11,600 nt of DNA from Myxococcota bacterium (GTDB lineage Bacteria > Myxococcota > JACRCW01), in NCBI GenBank assembly GCA_040752415.1, contig JBFMGU010000314.1:1-11600 (forward strand). Direction: 5' to 3'. Below the pieces are notes generated by a model. The model saw only the letters and a program-made list of their open reading frames with translations. It was not told where the DNA came from and did not search any database. Position numbers and translations under genes: made by a program. This document shows, piece by piece, positions 1 through 7,538 of the stretch. The first letter of the stretch is position 1. Each line of letters opens with the position of its first letter.

Positions 1-174
1 ACAACCGTCAAGGGTCCAAGCGCCTCGCCCGACGTCATTGAGCCCCAGGCCTGTTCGGCCCGTTGTGAACGCGATCGGCGCTGGCCAGGGCGGCGAGGGC
101 CCGCCGCACTCCAGGTCGTGGTCCGCTTACGACGCCTGCAAACCCCACTGGGCATTTTGTTCTGACGCAGCCCC
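1..174 (+). mobile_element. Partial copy (right portion) of a MITE-like foldback element, truncated by the window start
   Basis: Aligns by eye to 2763-2947 in the same orientation with 7 substitutions, one 13-nt indel and two 1-nt indels. It ends in the same terminus (...TTGTTCTGACGCAGCCCC at 174), followed by TGA. Confidence 0.85.
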
Positions 175-277
175 TGACGGCCCGAGGGTGTCCGCCTGGG
201 AGCTGGAGAAGAGGTTCCACCAGATGTCGCGACGACCGTCGAACGGCGCGCCGCCGAGCAAAACCCACGCAACCGTC

Positions 278-721
278 ATGACCCATCACAATCCCCCCGA
301 CGAGACACTGCGCCAGGTCCTCACCCAGGCCACCACCATTGCCATGGTTGGCGCTTCCTCCAATCCCGAGAAGCCGTCCCATGGGATCATGAAGAAGCTC
401 CTAAGCGCGGGCTATCGCGTCATCCCGGTCAACCCGCGGGAGACGGAGGTGCTGGGACAGAAGGCCGTTCCCTCCCTCGACGCCATCGCGGAGAAGGTGG
501 ACATCGTGGATGTGTTCCGCCGCGCCGAGGACACGCCGCCCATCGCCGACGAGGCGGTGAAGATTGGCGCACGGGTGCTCTGGCTCCAGTCGGGGATCCG
601 CAACGAGGAGGCAGCGGCCCGCGCCACCGCGGGTGGGCTGGTGGTGGTGATGGACCGGTGCATCGGTGTCACGCACGCGCAGCTGCGGATTCCGCCGAAG
701 GCTTCCGTTTCCGCCCGATGA
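278..721 (+). CDS. CoA-binding domain protein (YccU-like, CoA_binding_2 family)
   Basis: Motifs TIAMVGASSNPEKPS, GYRVIPVNP, VDIVDVFR, LWLQSGI and VVMDRC are typical of the family. Start placed at ATG 278 (147 aa) because the longer ORF from 38 runs through the repeat element. Confidence 0.9.
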   Translation: MTHHNPPDETLRQVLTQATTIAMVGASSNPEKPSHGIMKKLLSAGYRVIPVNPRETEVLGQKAVPSLDAIAEKVDIVDVFRRAEDTPPIADEAVKIGARVLWLQSGIRNEEAAARATAGGLVVVMDRCIGVTHAQLRIPPKASVSAR

Positions 722-852
722 TGAAAAGGGGCCTGCAAGCACCTCCGCCGCGCGCCACGCCCAAGACCCGGTGAAGTCAGCGACGTGAGACGGTGTGGTA
801 TGACGCGACTGACCACCGACGCTATGCACGCGAGCGTGGGGTTGGAGGTCGC

Positions 853-2634
853 GTGAGGAAGATTCTCGAGAACACATACTCCCCGGCGGCGCCCAGCCTG
901 GCACAGGCCGCGTCGCAGGCGGCCAGCATGGCGGCGGAAACAGCGATGGCCGCGGCCCGTTTGGCGTCGGCGGCCACGGCCATGGAGGTGGTGGCGCGCA
1001 TTGCCACCCAGGTGGCACGGGAGCTGGACGTCACCGCCGTGGTCAACGCCGTGCTCGACGCCAGTGAGCTGCTCGGCGCCCGCGGTTCCGTGGTCTTTGC
1101 CGCCGACGAGCAACGACGTGAGCTTCGGCTCCTCGGGGAGCGCGGCTTCCCGGCGGACTTCGCCGAGCGCGTGCGTGTGCTCCCGTTTGATACCCCGGCA
1201 GTGACCGCGGTGGCCGCCACCACGCGACGTCCCCAGCTCGTGCTCGGGCAGTCGGAGGTCCACGAGTCCTACGCGCTGGCGCGCGAGCTCCTCACCCGTC
1301 TCTCCGGTGAGGCCATCCTCGCGCTTCCGCTCGTCGCGCACGAGCGCCTGGTGGGCGTCTACACCTACGTGCTCCCGGAGAGCCGTCCTCCCACCCCCGA
1401 CGAGCGCTGGGCCGCGCAGACCATCGCGGAGATCATCGCCGTGGGTCTGGCCAACGCGCGCGCCTACAGCGAGGAGCGGAGGCTCCGCCGCAAGGTGGAG
1501 GTGGAGCACGCACGGCTGGAGGCGGTGCTGGGCCACGCCCCGCACGCGGTGCTCTACCTGGAGGCGGAATCGGAACGCTTGCACCTCAACAACCGGGCGC
1601 GGGAGATGCTCTGCACCCAAGGGCTGGCGGAGGTTCCGCTGAGCAACATCCCATGGCGCGTGCTGCAACATGACGGAAAACCCTATCCCTGCAAGGGCTG
1701 CCTCCTCGAGCACGTGATGCGCCAGGAGGACCTGCTGATCGAGGAGCACATCCTGGAGCGCAACGACGGGCGACGCATCCCGGTGGTGGCCCGCTGGTCG
1801 CGCGTGACGTGCTCCCAGGGACGCGTGGTGGGCGCGGTGGGGATCGTCGAGGACATCTCCACGCGCAAGGAGCTGGAGCGCCTGCGTGAGGAGTGGGGCT
1901 CCATTGTCACCCATGACATGCGCCAGCCGCTCCATCTCATCACCATGGCCTTTGACATGCTGGGGCGCACCGGCACCGAGCTGCCCGCGGTGGCACTGCG
2001 CGCGCTGCAGCATGGTCGCAACGCGGCCACCACGCTGAATCGCATGGTCAAGGATCTCAGCGACGTCTCCCGCCTGGAATCCCAGCGCATGACCGTCAGC
2101 CGCGAAAACGTGGACCTGGCCGCCCTGGTCCGCGACGTGGCCGAGCGCATGCGCCTCACCAGCGGCCGCGCCATCGAGCAGCACGTCGAGGGACTCATCC
2201 CTCCGCTCCAGGCGGACCCGGTGCGCATGGACCAGGTGCTCACCAACCTGCTCTCCAACGCCGTCAAGTATTCCCCCGCGGAAACGCCCATCCTCCTCCG
2301 GGCCACCTCCCACCACGGTCACGCGCACATCCACGTCGCCAACGCCGGGCCCGGCATCCCTCCCGAGGACCTGCCGCACCTCTTCGAGCGCTACTACCGC
2401 ACGCACCGGGCGCGCACGGGCCGCGTGGCCGGGCTGGGACTGGGGCTCTACATCACCAAGGGGCTGGTGGAGGCCCACGGCGGCCGCATCACGGTGGAGA
2501 GCCTTCCCGGCGAGCGGACCACGTTCACGGTGAGTCTGCCCCTGACGTTGGAAGACGAGGTGCGACGCCTGGCGCGCGCGCTGGAGTCCTCGCTGGCGGG
2601 CTCCAACGCTCCGCTCCAATACGTCCGCGGATAG
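853..2634 (+). CDS. Cytoplasmic sensor histidine kinase (GAF - PAS - HisKA - HATPase_c)
   Basis: H box THDMRQPL, N box NLLSNAVKY, G1-like NAGPGIP, F box LFERYYR and G2 GLGLGL are present. Also a GAF-like segment (ILALPLVAHERLVGV) and a PAS/PAC end (VGIVEDISTRKELE). No transmembrane stretch is evident. The start is uncertain: GTG 853 follows GGAGG at 844-848 with short spacing, and 793, 928 and 982 are alternatives. Confidence 0.92.
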   Translation: MRKILENTYSPAAPSLAQAASQAASMAAETAMAAARLASAATAMEVVARIATQVARELDVTAVVNAVLDASELLGARGSVVFAADEQRRELRLLGERGFPADFAERVRVLPFDTPAVTAVAATTRRPQLVLGQSEVHESYALARELLTRLSGEAILALPLVAHERLVGVYTYVLPESRPPTPDERWAAQTIAEIIAVGLANARAYSEERRLRRKVEVEHARLEAVLGHAPHAVLYLEAESERLHLNNRAREMLCTQGLAEVPLSNIPWRVLQHDGKPYPCKGCLLEHVMRQEDLLIEEHILERNDGRRIPVVARWSRVTCSQGRVVGAVGIVEDISTRKELERLREEWGSIVTHDMRQPLHLITMAFDMLGRTGTELPAVALRALQHGRNAATTLNRMVKDLSDVSRLESQRMTVSRENVDLAALVRDVAERMRLTSGRAIEQHVEGLIPPLQADPVRMDQVLTNLLSNAVKYSPAETPILLRATSHHGHAHIHVANAGPGIPPEDLPHLFERYYRTHRARTGRVAGLGLGLYITKGLVEAHGGRITVESLPGERTTFTVSLPLTLEDEVRRLARALESSLAGSNAPLQYVRG

Positions 2635-2655
2635 CGTTTCCTTCGCAACGCCTTA

Positions 2656-2947
2656 GGGACTGCGTCGAGATAAGTTGCCCATCTGGTCCTGACCGCCTCC
2701 AGCGGACCACGACCTGGAGTGCGGCGGGCCCTCGCCGCCCTGGTCAGCGTCGAGCGGTTTGGACAACCGTCAAGGGTCCACGCACCACGAGGCAGAGCCT
2801 CGCCCGACGTCATTGAGCCCCAGGGCTGTTCGGCCCGCTGTGAACGCGCTCGGCGCTGGCCCGGGCGGCGAGGGCCCGCCGCACTCCAGGTCGTGGTCCG
2901 CTTACGACGTCTGCAACCCCACTGGCATCTTGTTCTGACGCAGCCCC
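2656..2947. mobile_element. Complete 292-bp non-autonomous MITE-like element with terminal inverted repeats and a candidate TTA target duplication
   Basis: Left end GGGACTGCGTCGAGATAAGTTGCC matches the reverse complement of the right end GGGGCTGCGTCAGAACAAGATGCC at 18/24 positions. TTA lies at 2653-2655 and 2948-2950. A second copy is at 1-174. No transposase is present. It sits between two convergent genes. Confidence 0.8.
2701..2902. repeat. Perfect 40-bp inverted repeat inside the element (arms 2701-2740 and 2863-2902)
   Basis: AGCGGACCACGACCTGGAGTGCGGCGGGCCCTCGCCGCCC is the exact reverse complement of 2863-2902. Pairing continues inward with mismatches (about 2741-2759 against 2843-2862). 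Confidence 0.97.
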
Positions 2948-2965
2948 TTAGTCTTAGGGTGGCCC

Positions 2966-4123
2966 CTACGCATCCTCCTTCATGAACGTCTTCTTGAACC
3001 ACTGGCGCGCGTCCTCCCAGCCCTTGTCCATCTTGGCGCCCAGGTCGGAGCCCTTGCCGGTGTCGTCGTCGTCGGTGCCGTAGGCGCAGTGCGCGCAGAT
3101 GAACGCGCCGGCGGCCAGCGGCTTGCCACACCGGGGGCACGGCGCGGTGGCCACCAGCGGTGCGGCGGTGTAGTCCCCGTCCAGGATCTCCAGGAACTCA
3201 CCCTTCACGCAGAAGTCCAGCACCTCCTTGGCGCGGTAGACGGAGAACGGGTGGCTGCGCTCCAGGGACTGCAGCATCACCAGCAGCTTGTTCCACGTGT
3301 TCTGGTCGCGCATCAGCTCAAAGCTCTCCGCCTGGCGGATGAACGCCTTGATGTTGAGCTCATTCATGACGCTGGGGGAGGCGCCGGCCATCTTCATCAG
3401 CGTGCGCAGCACCACCTCCGGCTTGCGCACCACCAGCAGCTGCGCGCGGTCCGCCGTCAGCTCGCTGGCCTGGCTCCACTGCGCCAACGCTATCTGCACC
3501 GGCTTGAGGAACAACGTGCCCACGCCAAAGGCCACCTCGGCGGCGGTCATCGCCAACATGGCCATCACGCGGGAGGCGGTGCTGTAGAGCATGTGCTGCG
3601 CGTGGACGTGGCCCAGCTCGTGGCCCAGCACGCTGATCTGCTCTTCCTCGGTGAGCAGCTCCAGGCACCCCGTGGAAATGGCCACGAAGGTGCGCTCCAC
3701 CCCCGCGGTGTACGCGTTGAGCACCGGGCTCTGGTAGATGAACAGGTCGGGCAGCGGGGAGATACCCAGGCGGTCGGCCGCGGTGCGGAAGCGCCGGTAC
3801 AGCGACGGAACCTGGTCCTCCTCCACCTTGAGATAGTTCGCGGTGTGTTGCAGCCGCATGTCCGCTTCCAGGCTGTGCTTGATGATGGCCTTGAAGAACG
3901 TCTTGATGCCGGGCACCGCCTGCAGCCGCGCCAACGCCTCGCGGTCCAGCGGGTGCGTGTACGCCGAGGGCGGGAGGTTGAGGAGCGGCTCGTGCAGTCG
4001 ACGCAGCAGCGGCTCCTTGCACCGCCCACACTTCGGACTGTCCTGCAGGGCCAGGATGCGCTCGGTCTTGAGCCGGTTGACGGCCTCACAACGCCCACAG
4101 GTGAACTCCAGCAGCTCGATCAT
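2966..4123 (-). CDS. M48-family (HtpX/Ste24-like) zinc metalloprotease with N- and C-terminal zinc ribbons
   Basis: NAYTAG, HExxH (GHELGHV), SELTADR and SHP motifs. N-terminal CGRC...CGRC and C-terminal CPRC...CAHC. ATG at 4123 is preceded by AGGAGG on the minus strand (385 aa). Confidence 0.9.
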   Translation of the reverse strand: MIELLEFTCGRCEAVNRLKTERILALQDSPKCGRCKEPLLRRLHEPLLNLPPSAYTHPLDREALARLQAVPGIKTFFKAIIKHSLEADMRLQHTANYLKVEEDQVPSLYRRFRTAADRLGISPLPDLFIYQSPVLNAYTAGVERTFVAISTGCLELLTEEEQISVLGHELGHVHAQHMLYSTASRVMAMLAMTAAEVAFGVGTLFLKPVQIALAQWSQASELTADRAQLLVVRKPEVVLRTLMKMAGASPSVMNELNIKAFIRQAESFELMRDQNTWNKLLVMLQSLERSHPFSVYRAKEVLDFCVKGEFLEILDGDYTAAPLVATAPCPRCGKPLAAGAFICAHCAYGTDDDDTGKGSDLGAKMDKGWEDARQWFKKTFMKEDA

Positions 4124-4210
4124 CCGGCGCCTCCTCGACGAGCGGACGATACGTGCACCGCGACACCCGCGGCAATCACGGTTGGCGCGGTGGGTGCACT
4201 TGCGGAATGC

Positions 4211-4501
4211 ATGCAACTGTTCGCCGACATCCGCAACCCCGCCCTCCTCGTCCTCAAGGGCGCACTCTTCGCCGTGCTGGCGCTCCTTGCCGCCATGCAC
4301 CTCTTCGTCGGGAATCCCTCGTGGGAGACGGCGCTGGTGCTGCTGGTGTGCCAGTGGAGCGCGTGCCGTTCGTACTACTTCGTCTTCTACGTCATCACCG
4401 CCTACATCGACCCGCGACACCGCCACGCCGGCGTGCTCAGCTCCCTGCGCCATCTGCTGCGCGAATCACGCACGCGCCCGTCCCACCGTCCCGGGGTGTG
4501 A
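4211..4501 (+). CDS. Small hypothetical membrane protein (96 aa)
   Basis: C-terminal part of ORF 3089..4501, starting at ATG 4211 (MQLFADIRNPALLVLKGALFAVL...). It has two hydrophobic segments, an aromatic motif CRSYYFVFYVITAYIDP and GC3-rich codons, and it fills the gap between the protease and PhnD-like genes. Confidence 0.7.
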   Translation: MQLFADIRNPALLVLKGALFAVLALLAAMHLFVGNPSWETALVLLVCQWSACRSYYFVFYVITAYIDPRHRHAGVLSSLRHLLRESRTRPSHRPGV

Positions 4502-4567
4502 TGACGGACATGGCGTGGGTCAGGCCAGGGGCTAAGGTGCGTTGAGACTTGTGGCGGAGGTGGGGCT

Positions 4568-5341
4568 TTGGGGTGGACTTTCGCGTTGCCACCGTCGGTG
4601 GGATGGACGCTGGGCAAACAGGCCTTCGTGCGACAGGCCCTGGCGCCAGTGGGCTTCACGCAGGTGCGCGCTGCGCTGAGCTACCAGGCGCTGACGGATG
4701 AGCTGCTCGAGGGGAAGGTGGACGCGGCGTGGGTGCCACCGTTGGTGGGCGCCGCGCTGGAGCAGGCCGGCGCGCGGGTGATCCTGCGGGCGGTGCGCGG
4801 GGGGACCTCGTCGTACCGGGCGGCGTTGTTTGCGCGTGCGGACCGGGAGCTGACCCTGGAGGGATTGCGCGGGCAACGGCTGCGCGCGGCCTGGCTCGAC
4901 GAGAAATCCATGAGCGGCTACGTGCTGCCGCGCAAGCACCTGGAGAGCCTGGGCTTGAGACTGGAGGAGGTGTTCGTCGCGGAGAAATGCCTGGGCTCGT
5001 CGTCGGCGTGCGTGCAGGCGGTGCTGGAAGGCAAGGCGGATGTCTCGGCCACGTTTGCCTCCCCGCCCACCGCGCCCATGCAGCGCCTGGGATTCCTGGA
5101 CATTGCCGGGGAGCGCGCCGCGGAGCTGACCACGCTGGGCTTCTCACGGGAGTGCCCCAATGACGGCGTGGCGCTGAGTCCCCGTCGGAGCGCGGGTGAG
5201 CTGCGCGAACTGACCACGCGCTTCCACGACGTGCTGCGCGACCCCGCGGCGCTCTCGGCGTTGTCGCGCGCGCTGGAGGTGGACGCGTTGGATACGCCTC
5301 CGGCCGGCGCCTACCAGCAATTGCGCGAGTACCTGCGCTAG
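4568..5341 (+). CDS. PhnD/SsuA/transferrin-family substrate-binding-like protein
   Basis: Motifs SYQALTDELLEGKVDAAWVPPL, YRAALF, DEKSMSGYVLP, VQAVLEGKADV and PNDG are typical of Phosphonate-bd proteins. TTG start follows GGAGGT at 4556-4561. Confidence 0.82.
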   Translation: MGWTFALPPSVGWTLGKQAFVRQALAPVGFTQVRAALSYQALTDELLEGKVDAAWVPPLVGAALEQAGARVILRAVRGGTSSYRAALFARADRELTLEGLRGQRLRAAWLDEKSMSGYVLPRKHLESLGLRLEEVFVAEKCLGSSSACVQAVLEGKADVSATFASPPTAPMQRLGFLDIAGERAAELTTLGFSRECPNDGVALSPRRSAGELRELTTRFHDVLRDPAALSALSRALEVDALDTPPAGAYQQLREYLR

Positions 5342-5384
5342 CCCTTGCACCGACGGGCGGGTTGCCGTCACCTTGGCGCTCCCC

Positions 5385-6431
5385 ATGGCCCAGGGTCCCC
5401 TCACGCCGCGGTCCTTGTTCCTCGCGCTCGTCGTGGCGGCGGGCGTGTTGGTGGTGTGCACCGCGTTTGCTCTGGGCATGGGACCGGAGGGTTTCCGCCT
5501 CGCGGATCTCACCACGCTGGGGGGCTCCTCCGACGCTGCGCTGATTCTCCAGCAGGCCCGCCTGCCACGCGTCCTCCTCGGCGCGTTGTGTGGCGCCGCG
5601 TTGGCCATGAGCGGTGCGGCGCTCCAGGCCCTGCTGCGCAACCCCCTGGCCGACCCGTACATCGTCGGGGTGTCCGGCGGCGCGGCGCTGGGCGGGTCGC
5701 TGGCCATCGTCGTGGGACAGCGGGTCCTGGGCACGCTGCACGAGGGATGGCTTGGCACCGCGGCGGTTCCATTGGGCGCCTACCTCGGCGCGCTGCTGGT
5801 GCTGCTGCTCATCTACGCGGCGGCGCGCGCGGCGGGGCGGGCCAGCGCGCTCAGCGTCCTGCTCTGTGGCGTGGTGTTCAACTCGTTCTGCGCGGCGTTG
5901 GTCAGCGTGCTCAAGCTGGTGGTCAGCGCGGAGACGGCACAGAGCCTGCTGGCCTGGCTCATGGGCAGCGTGGCCAGCGAGCCGTGGCCGGTGGTGGGCG
6001 TCACCGCGATCTACGTCGGGGTCGGTGCGGTGGTGCTGGTGGCCATGGCCGGCCGGCTGCAACTGCTGGCCCAGGGTGACGAAGCCGCCGCGCGCCTGGG
6101 TGTCTCCGTCGAGCGGACGCGTCGTGCCGCGTATCTTGCCACGTCGTTGGTGGTGGCGGGCGTGGTGGCGGTGACCGGGCTCATTGGCTTCGTGGGCCTC
6201 ATGGTGCCGCACCTGGTACGCCTGGGCGGCCGCGCCGACGCGCGCCTGGTCATTCCCGTCAGTGGCCTCGTGGGCGCGGGGATGCTGGTGGTGTGCGACG
6301 CCCTCAGTCGCGGCCTGTTCGCGGTGTGGGGCACCGAGTTCCCCGTCGGGGCCATCACCGCGCTGCTGGGCTCCCCGGCGTTCCTGTGGCTCCTGCGCAA
6401 GCAGCTGCGTGCGCACGCGGGGGGCGCATGA
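5385..6431 (+). CDS. FecCD/BtuC-family iron-chelate, heme or cobalamin ABC transporter permease
   Basis: RLPRVLLG, LQALLRNPLADPYIVGVSGGAALG, GDEAAARLGV, IGFVGLMVPH and PVGAITALLGSP motifs, with many hydrophobic helices. Start is ATG 5385 or TTG 5373. Confidence 0.95.
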   Translation: MAQGPLTPRSLFLALVVAAGVLVVCTAFALGMGPEGFRLADLTTLGGSSDAALILQQARLPRVLLGALCGAALAMSGAALQALLRNPLADPYIVGVSGGAALGGSLAIVVGQRVLGTLHEGWLGTAAVPLGAYLGALLVLLLIYAAARAAGRASALSVLLCGVVFNSFCAALVSVLKLVVSAETAQSLLAWLMGSVASEPWPVVGVTAIYVGVGAVVLVAMAGRLQLLAQGDEAAARLGVSVERTRRAAYLATSLVVAGVVAVTGLIGFVGLMVPHLVRLGGRADARLVIPVSGLVGAGMLVVCDALSRGLFAVWGTEFPVGAITALLGSPAFLWLLRKQLRAHAGGA

Positions 6432-7201
6432 GCGCGGTGCTCTCGGCGCGGGATGTCCGTGTTCTCCGTCGGGGAACGGCCGTGCTCTCCGGCGTCACGC
6501 TGTCCGCGCAGCGCGGGCGCGTCATCACGCTGGTGGGTCCCAACGGCGCGGGGAAGAGCACGTTGCTCTCGGTGCTGGCGGGCATCCTGGCTCCCCACGA
6601 GGGCACGGTGCTCCTCGACGACACGCCGTTGCACGCCGTCTCCCGTCGCGACGCGGCGCTGCGTATTGCCAGCCTGGGCCAGTCCGAGCTCCCCGACGAG
6701 GATCTCACCGCGCTGGAGGCCGTGCTGCTCGGTCGCGCGCCGCACCTGGGGGCCTGGGGCCTGCCCGGTGACGACGACATCCGCTGGGCCGAGGACGCCC
6801 TGGCGCGCACCGACGTCAGCGCGCTCCGGGACCGGCGCATGGGCACACTGAGCGGCGGCGAGCGGCAGCGGGTGCTGGTGGCGCGCGTGCTCTGCCAGGG
6901 CGGAGATGTGCTCCTGTTGGATGAGCCCACCGGTGCGCTCGACGTGGGTCACGCCCTGCACGTCATGAAGGAGCTGCGCGCGCAGGCGGCGCAAGGGAAA
7001 GCGGTGGTGGTGGCGGTGCATGACCTGGCGCTGGCCGCGCGTTTCTCCGACGAGCTGGTGGTGATGCACCGCGGCCGCCTGCTCGCGCAGGGCGACTGGG
7101 AGACGGCGCTGGCACCCGGGGTGTTGCGCGAGGCGTTTGGGGTGCCCATGCGCGTGCAGCGCGTGGAAGGTCAGCCGGTGGTGATGCTGGACGGCAGCTG
7201 A
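6428..7201 (+). CDS. FecE/HmuV/BtuD-like ABC transporter ATP-binding protein
   Basis: Walker A GPNGAGKS, signature LSGGERQ, Walker B LLLDEPT and H-loop VHDL. ATGA overlap with the permease stop at 6428-6431 indicates translational coupling. Confidence 0.95.
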   Translation: MSAVLSARDVRVLRRGTAVLSGVTLSAQRGRVITLVGPNGAGKSTLLSVLAGILAPHEGTVLLDDTPLHAVSRRDAALRIASLGQSELPDEDLTALEAVLLGRAPHLGAWGLPGDDDIRWAEDALARTDVSALRDRRMGTLSGGERQRVLVARVLCQGGDVLLLDEPTGALDVGHALHVMKELRAQAAQGKAVVVAVHDLALAARFSDELVVMHRGRLLAQGDWETALAPGVLREAFGVPMRVQRVEGQPVVMLDGS

Positions 7202-7254
7202 GCCGCCCGGGCCACCCAACCTGTTGATATCGCAGGCAAAAGCGACGTCCGGGC

Positions 7255-7537
<283 letters not shown>

Positions 7538-7538
<1 letters not shown>

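Noticed and set aside
38..277. 80-aa N-terminal extension of the CoA-binding ORF
   Set aside because: It runs through the repeat element and is not protein-like. Family similarity begins at Met 278.
412..2619. 735-aa minus-strand ORF, and similar long antisense ORFs (3089-4210, 4656-6416, 6011-7219, 7929-9173, 9373-10203, 10218-11321)
   Set aside because: These are shadow frames of well-supported genes. High GC3 removes stop codons from the opposite strand, and they contain no recognisable motifs.
2719..2985. 88-aa ORF inside the MITE-like element (and 2448-3140 on the minus strand) as a possible mini-transposase
   Set aside because: No DDE or HUH motif is visible, and the indels between the two copies break the frame.
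4153..4199. Short inverted repeats (GTGCACC/GGTGCAC and CACCGCG/CGCGGTG) in the divergent intergenic region
   Set aside because: The 7-bp GC-rich arms are expected by chance at this composition, and there is no further support.
4124..4453. N-terminal extension of the M48 ORF to 4453
   Set aside because: It overlaps the small membrane protein antisense, and a strong AGGAGG precedes ATG 4123.
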